Shown one piece after another: positions 1 to 10,716 of a DNA stretch of 64,000 bases. The stretch is from a virus: positions 1 through 64,000 of the IMG/VR virus record IMGVR_UViG_3300033145_000192. The stretch is one strand, 5' to 3'. The notes beneath the pieces are model-generated. The model ran no database searches. It was not told the DNA's origin and saw only the letters and a list, made by a program, of their open reading frames with translations. Position 1 is the first letter of the stretch; each line of letters opens with the position of its first letter. Position numbers and translations under genes: made by a program.

Positions 1-219
1 GAGGGCCATAGGAGCCAAAAGAATGAAACGCTACAAGGTCTTTGATATTCACTGGGACACGGACGGTTTCGACCGTGACGTGCTTGAACTACCCCAAGAG
101 GTTGCCGTCTCTATGGACGAGGAGGATGACCCCGAACAGTGCTTGGCTGATAAGCTAAGTGATATCTTCGGTTGGTGTGTCAATTCCCTCGACTATGAGC
201 AAGTAGAGTAAGGAACAAA

Positions 220-1329
220 ATGAACGAAATCAATGGCAAGAACTGGCCAACCCTTTTCAAATTCGCCAAGAGCGGAGCTATTCAACAGTGGGAAATCACT
301 GCAATCGAGTATTCTGACGGAACCGCCGCATACGAGGTTGAGTATGGCCAGAGTGGCGGAAAGGTCCAGGCTGCTCTCGTTGAGGTAAACGAGGGTAAGA
401 ATCTCGGCAAGGCAAACGAAACCACGCCATTCAAGCAGGCCACACTGGAAGCTGAGTCTAAGTGGAAGAAGCAGCTTGATAAGGGCTATGCCCAGGGTAA
501 GCCCAAGCCCCTTCCTAAGACTGACCCAATGCTTGCTCAGAAGTATTCAGACAGGGCTTCCACGGTCAAGTTTCCGTGTTTCTGGCAGCCAAAGCTGGAC
601 GGCGCTCGCTGTATTGCTCACCGAGATGGTGACAAAATCACGCTATTGAGTCGCCGTGGAAAGGTGCTCGATGCACTTGACCATATCACCGACGTTCTCC
701 TAGACATAATGGAGGATGGCGATGTTTTCGATGGCGAGCTTTATGTGCATGGTGTGCCGTTCCAGCGGGTTATGAGCTGGATTAAGCGCAAGCAGCCTGA
801 TACGGCAAAGGTCGTCTATAACGTCTACGACGTTGTTATCGACAAGCCGTTCAGTGAGCGGTTCAAGGTGTTCTGCGCTCGTATTGCCCTCAAGGGCAAG
901 GGTGTCGTAAGGACCGTTTACACCAAGATGCTTTCCTCTCACAAGGACGTAAAGACGATTCTCGCTAGGGCTGAGAAGCGTGGATATGAGGGCATCATGT
1001 TGCGCGTCGGGGATTGCACCTATCAGTGCGGTCGGCGCAGTAGCGAACTACTCAAGGTCAAGACTTTCTTGGACCAGGAGTTTGAGATTATCGGAGCAGA
1101 GGAAAACAAGGGTCGCCAGAAGGGCCAATGCACCTTTGTCTGCAAGACTGATACCGGGGCTACCTTCAAGGTAAAGCCTATGGGCACTGACGCCCAGCGG
1201 CGCAAATACTGGAAGGACCACAAAAGCCACGTTGGCGAGCAGCTTACAGTAAGGTTCTTTGAGTGGACTACGAGTAAGCCGCCTGTTCCTCGCTTCCCGA
1301 TTGGTGTTGCCATTAGAGACTACGAGTAG
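220..1329 (+). CDS. lig: ATP-dependent DNA ligase with N-terminal WGR-like extension
   Basis: Ligase motifs QPKLDG (I), FDGELY (III), YNVYDV (IIIa), EGIMLR (IV), LLKVK (V); OB-fold tail ending PRFPIGVAIRDYE. Confidence 0.93.
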   Translation: MNEINGKNWPTLFKFAKSGAIQQWEITAIEYSDGTAAYEVEYGQSGGKVQAALVEVNEGKNLGKANETTPFKQATLEAESKWKKQLDKGYAQGKPKPLPKTDPMLAQKYSDRASTVKFPCFWQPKLDGARCIAHRDGDKITLLSRRGKVLDALDHITDVLLDIMEDGDVFDGELYVHGVPFQRVMSWIKRKQPDTAKVVYNVYDVVIDKPFSERFKVFCARIALKGKGVVRTVYTKMLSSHKDVKTILARAEKRGYEGIMLRVGDCTYQCGRRSSELLKVKTFLDQEFEIIGAEENKGRQKGQCTFVCKTDTGATFKVKPMGTDAQRRKYWKDHKSHVGEQLTVRFFEWTTSKPPVPRFPIGVAIRDYE

Positions 1330-1432
1330 TGGACAAAAATGTCAGATGTCCTCGTTGTGATAATATCATTGACGTGGACTTTAGCTTTGACATTGAGGAC
1401 AATACTTATCTCTGCAACAGTGGCGCATATCC

Positions 1433-2649
1433 ATGTGGACACCTGTGGGAAAGAGACAGTTACGAATGAAACGAAGGGCAGTAGTCAAGAAACTACTTAT
1501 AGACGCTTATTCCTACATTGACACTTATGGTGATATCCAAACTGGTCTCATGCTTATCCGTAGGGCACTAGAAGAAGTGGATAAGGAAAAGCAATCCAAG
1601 TGGAAAGAGACACCCACAAAATGAATAGTGTCTTGGCTATGGGCTTTGGTCACGTTTTCTTTGAGGCTCCAAAAGATGCAACGCAGAGTGAAGTTATGAA
1701 CCTTGCCTGCGAAGCTATGAATACAACCGGAGAGGATGTTTCACTCATCATCGTATTTGATGGGTTACTTCCAAAGATTCTCTCCAAAACTCACTACTAT
1801 ACAGACTAGGAGGCATCATGCCTGAATTCGATATTGTTTACCAGTTTACGGTTACCGGCGTTCGAACTGTTGAGGGCGATACGCCCGAGGCGGCTGTCAC
1901 TGAGCACGCTCAGGATATCACCGATGGTATTTCGGATGAGCTTGGTCCTGGCGCTATGCTCGACAATCTGTCCTCAGCGGTCTATGAGCACGATGAGGAT
2001 ATGCTTGAGAACGATATCGCCTCAATCCAGCAGCGAATTGCCGATGGCCACGAAACCCTGACGCACAGCTATCCGAAGTCACGCTAGGTTCAAAAGCGAC
2101 TCACGAGAGACGAATTTGAAACGAACAGTGTCCATTTGGCGACACTGACACGAAGGAATAAGGACTTATGACTGGCACACGATTTGCTCCTGGTAGGCTA
2201 GGAGCCGCGCTAGTTCTGGCACTTTGCATATGGCTGTGGCCACTATGGCTGATATGCTCCTACTGTCATAACGACCTTGTTTACAAGCAGACGTTGTGTG
2301 AAGGGTGCTATATGCACCTGGTTCCACCCGAAAAGTAATCGCGGAAAGACAAATGAAAAGTAAACACATCAGCGGAGACAAGGTGCTTGTTAAGGTCCCG
2401 AGTCCCATGCCGCACCCATTCGACAAGTTTTCTTCAGAATGGATTACTTTCATTAGAAGCCGGGATGGAAGCGAAGTCACACTCGAAAGCTGGAAGCTAG
2501 TTAGCGGTCTTAATGGCCGACACTGGGGCTTTACTATCACAGAAAACAAGTCACGTTCATTTGTTAGTAACTGGATACCGAACGAATGGTTAATCAAACA
2601 CACTGACGCCGGACTATACAAGAGTCCATTCAGTGATAGGTGGGTATAG
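1433..2649 (+). other. Run of small hypothetical phage ORFs (1433-1624, 1600-1809, 1818-2087, 2305-2649)
   Basis: Abutting or overlapping + strand ORFs, some with GGAG-type RBS; no recognised motifs. Confidence 0.55.
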
Positions 2650-2650
2650 C

Positions 2651-3379
2651 ATGATACTGAAATTTGGCAAGGGAAACGCAAAGCTAGACAAAACCATTTA
2701 CACATTCAGCCTTCCGGCTGGGTATACTTGCCCCGGTGCAAGCGAGTGTAAGAGTAAGGTCATTGTGGTCAATGGACGCCATAAGGTCCAAGACGGTCCC
2801 AAAACCAAGTTTCGTTGCTTCGCTGCTTCTAGTGAAGTTTTGTATCCTGCGACCTATCGGGCCAGGCAGCATAATCTAACCTTGCTCAAGGCTGCCCGTG
2901 GGCCGAGAGCAATGGCACGGCTTATCAAAGAGAGTATGCCCGCAAAGGCTTCTCATATTCGCCTCCATGTTGCTGGAGATTTCTACAACCAGTCGTATTT
3001 CGACGCATGGCTGCTGGTCGCTAAGACTACTCCAGACGTGGTGTTCTACGCATACACAAAGTCAATCCCGTATTGGCTGAAGCGTAAGGATAGAATGCCC
3101 GACAACTTCGTCCTAACTGCCTCACTTGGCAGTAGGTTTGACAAAATGATTGAGCTTAATGGGCTCCGGTCGGCAAAGGTTGTTTTCACTGAGGCTGAGG
3201 CCGATAGGCTTGGGCTCGAAATCGACCACGACGACAGCCATGCGATATTCAATGGGCCGAGTTTTGCTCTGTTGCTGCATGGTATCCAGCCCGCTGGAAG
3301 CGAGGCAGCTAAGGCAAAGGTGGCCCTCAAGGGCAAGGGTTCATATCCTGTCAAAAAGGTAACAAATGCCTCAAAATAA
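2651..3379 (+). CDS. GP88-like phage protein (Cys-rich, radical-SAM-like fold)
   Basis: FSLPAGYTCPGA..CK, CFAA, IRLHVAGDFY, FYAYTKS pattern remembered from this family. Confidence 0.65.
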   Translation: MILKFGKGNAKLDKTIYTFSLPAGYTCPGASECKSKVIVVNGRHKVQDGPKTKFRCFAASSEVLYPATYRARQHNLTLLKAARGPRAMARLIKESMPAKASHIRLHVAGDFYNQSYFDAWLLVAKTTPDVVFYAYTKSIPYWLKRKDRMPDNFVLTASLGSRFDKMIELNGLRSAKVVFTEAEADRLGLEIDHDDSHAIFNGPSFALLLHGIQPAGSEAAKAKVALKGKGSYPVKKVTNASK

Positions 3380-5074
3380 GAAGTTGATTCGCTATTCGTC
3401 AAACAACTCTGGTGGTAATTGGTGGCTGAAGGACGACGATTGGAAACGCCTCGAACAAAACGGTTGGACCGTCGAATGGGCGAAGGATACGCCTTATCGA
3501 CGTGCTGATAGTGATGGTCGTTGGCTTGGTGCATTGGCTACTGCCTGCTCCAAGAAGTTTCATTCTCTCCTAGAAGCCGCTGCCGAGTTTTCTCGTATCA
3601 CTGGACAAAGCATGGACGAGGAAGGTTGTCCGTGTTGCGGCCCACCGCACTATTTCAGCGAGGAGCGAGAGGATGGAGTGGATTAACCTCCAAAAAGGAA
3701 CAAAGTATATCCTTGAGCCCAGGGGGATGAGAAGTAAAGAATTGCTTGCCGCACTAACTGAAGCTGTGGTGGAGCTAATCGAAGAACCGAGTATTCCCCC
3801 AGACCCAGGCGACTTTGCATACAAAGTCCAAATCATTGGTGAATGGCCAAAAGACCTGGCTTCCCAGATATGGGTGCCTGGAGAGTGGCTTCACCCATAC
3901 AGAGAACTGGAAACAAAGCAACTGGTCTGCGCTTGTCCACACTTGGTAGTAATGAATCGAGGGTGTCAATGTGGAGTCCAGAAACCTTATAGGAGTCCTA
4001 GATGAGCGATAAGAACGACAAACTGTCAGAGGGCTGCCTGGTCATGTTGACCGGATTGCTAATCTTCTGTGTTGGCTGGCCGTGGGGCGGCTATGCGTTT
4101 TCGTATAGCTGGAACACACTGATTGCGCCGTTTGGTCTGCCAGTCATCGGGATTTTGCAGGCTATGGGTATCGTCCTGGTAGGTCGCTATATCGCATGGC
4201 AGCCACAGCCCGAAAACGAGGACGAGGATTCTACTGTGAAGATAATCAAGGCTGCGGCAATCACTTTCCTTCGCCCGCTGTTCCTTATTCTCTTCACCTG
4301 GATTCTCACCTGCTTCATGACTTGAGGTGGGCAGAGGATACTGGCTCAGACAGTTCTGGAAGGATAAGGAAGTGGCAGACACAAAAGAGGATACTGTTCC
4401 GCTAAGTGACTCTAACGCCTTAGAACTGATTATCGCAGAAATCGAAGATATGCGCGACCGTTGGTGGAAGCGCCACAACAAGAGAGAATGGTCTCAAGTT
4501 GTAATGAAACTAACCACAGCCAAAGAATGGCTGGAAGCAGCACAAAAGAGTATCAAAGAGGAAACATAATGGACTTCTTCGCTTTTCATGGTGTCCTGTG
4601 GGGCATCCTACTTATCATCGCCTTGACCACGTTCCCACGGCTTTCAATGCTGGGAATGCTTATCTGGGGCGCACTCACGGGTGGTGGGGTGCTTTGGTGG
4701 CTAGGGTTTGTGTTCACTCCTGGTATTGTCGTGGCCTATGAGGCTACTTGCCATTATTGGGATACCAACCCCGTCCTTTGCGTTTTCGCATGGCTCGTGG
4801 CTTTCTGTAGCTTCGGCGGCGAGGCCAAGACCGTGCATAGCAAGAGTAGCAACTAATGATTGCCGCACTTGTTATCACTGGTGTCCTAGCAGTCGTCCTG
4901 TTCGGTGCAGCCATCTTCAATATGGCTCGCATGGGCAAGAACGTAATGGAGTTTCAGTTCGATGAATTCGGCGGCGGATTCTTCTGGCACTGTATTCTCG
5001 GGGGTTTTGCCGGTTTGTCGTTTACAGCATTTGTGGTGCTGCTAATCGTGCATCTACTCTCAATCTACGCTTGA
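3366..5074 (+). other. Cluster of small hypothetical and membrane proteins (3366-3686, 3673-4005, 4002-4325, 4327-4569, 4569-4856, 4856-5074)
   Basis: Translationally coupled ORFs; three have clear hydrophobic segments. Confidence 0.55.
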
Positions 5075-5099
5075 ACTTTGGGCACTTTCGAGCTATAAT
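5071..5099 (+). promoter_or_regulatory. Sigma70-like promoter upstream of PARP gene
   Basis: TTGAAC-N17-TATAAT. Confidence 0.7.
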
Positions 5100-5134
5100 C
5101 TAGGTATGCGAAAGACCTGCAAGGAGAGCGAAAG

Positions 5135-6403
5135 ATGACTGAAATCAATAGAGTTATGCTTATCAAGACCGACGCTGACGAGAACAATAACAAGTTCTGG
5201 GAAGCAATAGTCAACGACGATGGACGAGTAGACTGTCGATGGGGCCGAGTTGGCGCTAATGGACAGTCTAAGTCTTTTAATGGCGGTCAGACATATCTCG
5301 ACAAGAAGATGAGAGAAAAGGCCAAGAAGGGCTATCGTGAGGCAAAGGTAGTTACGGGTTCTAGCTCAACTACCACGACCGTAGCCGACTCCACCCTGAG
5401 AAATATCGCCAAGAAGCAGATTGAGCACAGTAGCCCCGAAACGGCCAAGCTCATCGAATATCTGGTGAAAGTCAATGCACATCAAATTACCAAGGCTTCT
5501 GGTGGTCAACTAAATGTTGATGCTGCCACTGGCATGATTAAGACTCCTCTTGGAGTGCTTACGCAGGAAGCTATTGACGACGCTCGTGACCTACTCATAG
5601 AGCTAAGTAAGTTGCGGGTTCCATCAAAACGAACGACGCCAAAGTTCAAAAGCAGCGTGCAGGATTACCTAATGTTGGTGCCGCAGGTTGTTGGGCGTAA
5701 GCGTGGCTGGCTCGAAACGATGTTTCCCGACACCGATAGCGTGCAGAAGCAGAATGCTTTGCTTGACTCACTTGAGGCAACGCTAGGCGCTATTGCGACT
5801 ACACCACAAGCGGCTGCTATTCCTGCCGACCAGGTGTTCAATGTTAAGTTGGTCCTCGTTGACGACAAGGCGACAAAGGCCAAGATTAACAGGCTCTACA
5901 CTCAGACTAGGAAAAGGATGCACACGAGCTATAAGCTCCAGCCCAAAAGAATCTTCATGGTGGATATCGCGAGGATGGCTGGTGCATTTGACAACGACGG
6001 TGCTAAGGTCGGAAATGTAAAGGAGTTGTGGCACGGCACGCGAGCCTCTAACCTCCTTAGTATTCTGAAGGGTGGCCTTATCATCCCGTCTAGCAATGCT
6101 GGACACGTTACGGGACGTATGTATGGTAATGGCGTCTACTTTAGCGACCAAAGCACCAAGGCATTGAACTATGCTCACGGTTACTGGGGTGGCGGCTATG
6201 ACAACACTTGCTATATGTTCCTAACGGACGTTGCTATGGGCAAGGAATATGTCCCATCTGGATATGGCGATAGACGAAGCCTCCCTCGAAAGGGATATGA
6301 CTCCACGTTTGCTAATGGCGGCCAGTCTGGCGTTGCAAACAACGAGATGATTGTCTATCGTGTTTCTCAATGTAACCTCAAGTTCCTAGTGGAGTTTAGC
6401 TAA
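5135..6403 (+). CDS. WGR-domain poly(ADP-ribose) polymerase-like ADP-ribosyltransferase
   Basis: N-terminal WGR (NNKFWE...WGRVG); helical middle region; catalytic H-Y-E triad in WHGT, G.MYGNGVYFSD..TKALNY, NNEMIVY. Confidence 0.9.
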   Translation: MTEINRVMLIKTDADENNNKFWEAIVNDDGRVDCRWGRVGANGQSKSFNGGQTYLDKKMREKAKKGYREAKVVTGSSSTTTTVADSTLRNIAKKQIEHSSPETAKLIEYLVKVNAHQITKASGGQLNVDAATGMIKTPLGVLTQEAIDDARDLLIELSKLRVPSKRTTPKFKSSVQDYLMLVPQVVGRKRGWLETMFPDTDSVQKQNALLDSLEATLGAIATTPQAAAIPADQVFNVKLVLVDDKATKAKINRLYTQTRKRMHTSYKLQPKRIFMVDIARMAGAFDNDGAKVGNVKELWHGTRASNLLSILKGGLIIPSSNAGHVTGRMYGNGVYFSDQSTKALNYAHGYWGGGYDNTCYMFLTDVAMGKEYVPSGYGDRRSLPRKGYDSTFANGGQSGVANNEMIVYRVSQCNLKFLVEFS

Positions 6404-7455
6404 TGAGTAAAAACCATAACACTCTCGTTCCCCAAATGCGCCTGGAGTTGCTCAAGCAACTTGGGTTCGATGCAAACAAGACCTATAGGTCAACCGTCGC
6501 ACCAATCGAGGGTAAAATCACAGCGTGTGATACTCGATGTGCGGCATGTAGTTCTGCTTACGACAAAACGAAGAATCAAAGAGATATCTGTTGTCCCATC
6601 TACCTGTATATCGGGACGACACCATTGAGAACGAATCAACTAAAGGAAGTAAAGGAGTCCGATATGTTTGGAGTTGGGTTGGCCCTAGAGGCCGTTTCTG
6701 TGATTGAGAATTTCGTCTCTGAGGACGAGATGTTTACCACCTTCGACGTTACGAAGGAGTTGAGGAACCGTGGGCATACGGTGTTCCATTCCGATGTTCG
6801 TAAGTTCACTCACGGTTTGAGTGGCGCTGGGTCGAGTATCTTCGGGGATTTCACCCGTAATACTCACACCTTCCAGTTGAGTAGCGGGCCGATGACGGCA
6901 GAGCTTTACGCTAACGCTGCTCACCTTGTCGGGACGTATGACCCGTATGCGATTACGAACGATTCGGACGACACTAAGGCCGACAATCCTGATTCTCAGC
7001 CAGCCGTTTCGGTTGTTGTTGATGACGGGAATGACGGTATTCCTGCTGTGCTCGCCCCTGCTGTTTACGTCGCTCCGACTAAGCAGACCCCTAAGCCGCC
7101 TGTCGTTTCCAGGTCGGTTCAGAGGCGTCTCGCTATTCAGAACAAGGCAAAGCCTGCAACTAACGCTCGAACCAATCGTGATGCTCGTGGTCGCCTTTGC
7201 GTTCCGAACGCTATGGTCCGCAAGATGGGCCTCAATCCTGGCGATGTTGCATACATCCACGGCGCAGGCTTTGGCGTCACCGTCAATGCTGCCACGGTTC
7301 CTGGCAACAAGTATATCGCGGCACTTAGGGTTGATAAGGACACCAACGTCCGAATTACCGAGCGTGCTCTCCGCAAGGCCGGTATCAACCGCTCTGAGCC
7401 GTCGCTTGTAGTTTCCTGTGACCAGGCTGGAACCAGCGTGGTCATTACTCGCTAA
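6403..7455 (+). CDS. Hypothetical protein with C-terminal tandem AbrB/SpoVT-like domains
   Basis: RDARGRLCVPNAMVRKMGLNPGD and VDKDTNVRIT motifs after a low-complexity linker. Confidence 0.6.
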   Translation: MSKNHNTLVPQMRLELLKQLGFDANKTYRSTVAPIEGKITACDTRCAACSSAYDKTKNQRDICCPIYLYIGTTPLRTNQLKEVKESDMFGVGLALEAVSVIENFVSEDEMFTTFDVTKELRNRGHTVFHSDVRKFTHGLSGAGSSIFGDFTRNTHTFQLSSGPMTAELYANAAHLVGTYDPYAITNDSDDTKADNPDSQPAVSVVVDDGNDGIPAVLAPAVYVAPTKQTPKPPVVSRSVQRRLAIQNKAKPATNARTNRDARGRLCVPNAMVRKMGLNPGDVAYIHGAGFGVTVNAATVPGNKYIAALRVDKDTNVRITERALRKAGINRSEPSLVVSCDQAGTSVVITR

Positions 7456-7507
7456 CCCTCTCATTGGCGAAGGAGCTTGGAGGTAAGCTCTTAAATCCCC
7501 TCCCCTT

Positions 7508-7659
7508 GCGAGAGTAGCTCAAGTTGGTAGAGCGGCGGGGTGATTCCCGTGTTAGTTCTTAGTGACTGACCCATTTAACTTTACCTAGGGAAAGTTGTGG
7601 AATCATGTGTTAGTCTAGACACATGCTAAGACGTGAAGGTTCAAATCCTTCTTCTCGCA
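7508..7659 (+). ncRNA. tRNA-like RNA with anticodon/variable region expanded to four hairpins
   Basis: Acceptor GCGAGAG/TTCTCGC, D arm GCTC/GAGC, T arm GAAGG-TTCAAAT-CCTTC; about 95 nt of hairpins between D and T arms. Confidence 0.7.
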
Positions 7660-7678
7660 TCACTCATAGGGAGAAATA

Positions 7679-8913
7679 ATGACTCAAGACCATGAGCCAA
7701 CTGATTCTGAGATGATTGAGAAACTACAGCGCCAGGAAGGTGAATATGCCAGGCGTCGAGAGTTTCTTGTCAGAAAGCGTAGTCAGAAGTTCAAGAAGAT
7801 AGCCAAGGAGGAAACCTTGCAGCTTCATAATGGTAAATACCTTATGTCGGAATATCCGATTGACCCAGCGGGCGTAAAGGTATATGGAGCAAAGTTCCCT
7901 ATCAATACCGTGGTCATTCATGGCAGAGAAATCCTGTGGACAGGCAGGGGAATGTCTAGGCCACCAGCCAGTGTAACGGTGGAGTATGAGGCATACGACA
8001 AGTAACATGTGGTTTATTTCCGTTGCTACGCTTGGCGAAGCAGCGGATTTCACTAACTGGCTGCGCGGCAAGCGCAAAATGTTCAATGACACAATGGAGT
8101 TTAGGGATTGGCTTGAGGCATACGAGGCATTTCCTCTTGAAATCTACCTAGACGGTGTTCATTACATATTCAAAACTCGCATGGAGGCGACATTTTTCCT
8201 CCTAGGATTTGAGGCGGCATTAAATGCAATTCGAGGAGCCTAGATTTCTGGACGACGAAACGGCGAAGAAGGCGAGAGAGCAAACGACGTTTCCGCTCGC
8301 CAAGCTGGATACTCCAGATAAGAACGAGCGCATCATCTCTAGTAGCTGCTTCGTTAAGCACAACGATATCGAAGAAGAGTTGGCCTTCTATTCTGCACAC
8401 GCCGATAGGCTTGAGGAATACAATCGCCAAACCGCACTAAGGTTGATGCACGTCAAGCAGGATATCAAAACGTCAGCCTTAGTAGACAAATACATAAACA
8501 GAAACAAGCGTCTTAGGGACCTTGACAACGGAGCAAAGAGTAAGTTCGAACTTGATTGGGGTAAAGTCTCTTACACGGGACTTCTGCAATTGATGAACCT
8601 ATTGATGTGCTCTGCGTGTATTATCAGTGGGGCATGGGCTGCTATCGTAGTGGTCTTTCCTGCAATGATGGCATTCAACTTCTATCTCTTGAAAAAAGAT
8701 AGTGAGCAAAAGGACGGTTAGGTGGATTTTGACAAGCTAAAGCGTCAGCAACGCTTCAGGAACAAGAACAAGAAGGATAAGAGGCGAAGGCAGTTGGCAA
8801 ACAGGGAAAAGGTTAGTGCTAAGGTGCATAGGCCGAAGTTCTATTTTACCCCAGAAACGCCTGCCGAAGATGTCTATGACGACTACGACGAAGAGTTGGA
8901 CATGGACCAGTAA
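7679..8913 (+). other. Hypothetical ORFs (7679-8005, ~8007-8243, 8224-8721 membrane protein, 8722-8913 basic protein)
   Basis: Coupled + strand ORFs, no recognised motifs. Confidence 0.55.
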
Positions 8914-9130
8914 ATCACCATAAACCGGCAACAAATCCCAAAACACACCGCATGAGACCCAGCACCAAGGCCCGCCAGGATGATTTCTGTGTGGGCCTCG
9001 TCGTTGTGCAATTGAATGCAGCATACGATTGCTGAATTTTTCCATGTTGACCGCCAAAGAACTCGCACTACAATACTACTAGGAGAACATGGGATAAAGC
9101 GGCTAGTTTGCAAACATACTGGAAGAGGCC

Positions 9131-10066
9131 ATGCAAGAAATGACATTCGACGATTTCGTCGGAAACAAAGGAGCGGTAGCATTTGTAAAGCTACTTGTGT
9201 CACGCGCTGAAGGGGATAAGTTTATTCGCATTCCAGACATGGCTTTCCTTGGACCATCGGGACACGGAAAGACAACGCTGGCTAGGATTGTTGCTAATCA
9301 CCTTGAACGAGGTTTCTGCGCAATCAATAGCACTGTAATCAAAGACCCGTTTCAATTTCGTGGCTATGTCACAAATCCAAAGTGGACAGGCAGCGGAGTA
9401 ATCATTCTCCTAGATGAATGTCATCAGCTAAAGCGCAAGATTCAGGACAATCTGCTATCAGCACTTGAGAGTCCTCGAAAGTTGCATACAGAGCATAGGA
9501 ACCAGATATTCATTGACAGCATTCCAGAGAACGTCAGTTTCGTTTTTGCGACTACTCACGCGGGCCAACTAAAGCCTGCTCTGCGTTCTAGGCTCCGGTC
9601 GATTGAACTTCTGGAGTATAATGAGGCAGAGAGACAAGAGATGACGGTAAAGTATCTGAACCGTCAGCATGGACTTTCTGGAACTCAGTTCGATGTGCAA
9701 GCCGTCTTGCAAATAGCCAAGCGGTCACGCGAAGGACGACATATCACTGTAAATTGCGACGACATAATTGAGCTTATGAAACAGAAGGGAATGACGAAAC
9801 TAACACTCGATGCAGTAGAACAGACCTTCAAAATCAAAGGAATTGATGTGAATGGTCTTTCTCGATTGGACAGGAAGCTCTTGGGATATATGGCAGAGAC
9901 CAAAACCTTTGTCGGCCTTGATACCTTAGAGGCGGCTATGAACATGACAAAGAAGGAGATTAAAGAAACACTTGAGCCTTGGCTGCTCAGGAACAGCTTT
10001 ATCACCCGTCATGCAGCAGGACGCCTTATCACACCGAAGGGCCAACGTGCTCTAAGGAGCAAATGA
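9131..10066 (+). CDS. ruvB: RuvB-like Holliday junction branch-migration AAA+ ATPase
   Basis: Walker A GPSGHGKTTLA, Walker B LLDECH, ATT..G.L..ALRSR, C-terminal E..LEP.LL...FI.R...GR.IT. Confidence 0.88.
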   Translation: MQEMTFDDFVGNKGAVAFVKLLVSRAEGDKFIRIPDMAFLGPSGHGKTTLARIVANHLERGFCAINSTVIKDPFQFRGYVTNPKWTGSGVIILLDECHQLKRKIQDNLLSALESPRKLHTEHRNQIFIDSIPENVSFVFATTHAGQLKPALRSRLRSIELLEYNEAERQEMTVKYLNRQHGLSGTQFDVQAVLQIAKRSREGRHITVNCDDIIELMKQKGMTKLTLDAVEQTFKIKGIDVNGLSRLDRKLLGYMAETKTFVGLDTLEAAMNMTKKEIKETLEPWLLRNSFITRHAAGRLITPKGQRALRSK

Positions 10067-10716
10067 TGGATTCACAAGAATATCTCGCTGAGAACAGAGG
10101 TCTAGTAGTTTCTCTCGCCTCCAAGTATTTCATGGAGACACCGAAGTTTGACTTCGATGACCTAGTTTCTGTTGGCAATAAAGCCGCGCTAAGAGCACTC
10201 GATACCTTCGACTACGACCGAGGAGAGGCTAAGGTCTCAACGTATGTCCACAAGGCAGTAGAGCACGACATTGCTAACTTCGTTCGCAAAAACAAGTTCG
10301 ACCTATATGTCTCACCATACCAACAGAAGAAAGCCCACAAGAGGCGCACTAGCGGAGAGGCTAATGTGGACTTGTCTAATTTTGGTGCGACCCATTCGCC
10401 TTTGGCTATTCCGCTATCGGGTAATGCCGACGAGAAGGGAGTTCCAATGGCAGAGACGATTCCTTCTGGGGCTCCACCGATTCCAGAGACGCTTATCAAG
10501 AAGGAGCAAATCGACATTCTAATGGAGGAGGTTGACTTGCTTCCAAATCGAGAGCGTGATGTAATCATGGCAAGGTTCTTTGATGGAGCAAGACTGCGTG
10601 ATATTGCGAGCGACTTTGGTGTCAGCAAGCAGAGAGTCCAGCAAATTCAAATGCAGGCACTAAATCGACTAAAGGGCAAGGTCATTCACAGGCTAGATGG
10701 AGCAATGGTCGATTAA
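10063..10716 (+). CDS. Sigma70-family RNA polymerase sigma factor
   Basis: Region 2 DDLVSVG..A.LRA..TFD.DRG.K.STY; region 4 LP.RERDVI.ARF...LRDIA..FGVSKQRVQQIQ..AL.RLK. Confidence 0.88.
   Translation: MMDSQEYLAENRGLVVSLASKYFMETPKFDFDDLVSVGNKAALRALDTFDYDRGEAKVSTYVHKAVEHDIANFVRKNKFDLYVSPYQQKKAHKRRTSGEANVDLSNFGATHSPLAIPLSGNADEKGVPMAETIPSGAPPIPETLIKKEQIDILMEEVDLLPNRERDVIMARFFDGARLRDIASDFGVSKQRVQQIQMQALNRLKGKVIHRLDGAMVD

Noticed and set aside
7533-7635. Group I or bulge-helix-bulge intron in the 7508 tRNA
   Set aside because: Too short for a group I core, and no splice gives a 5-bp stem with a 7-nt loop
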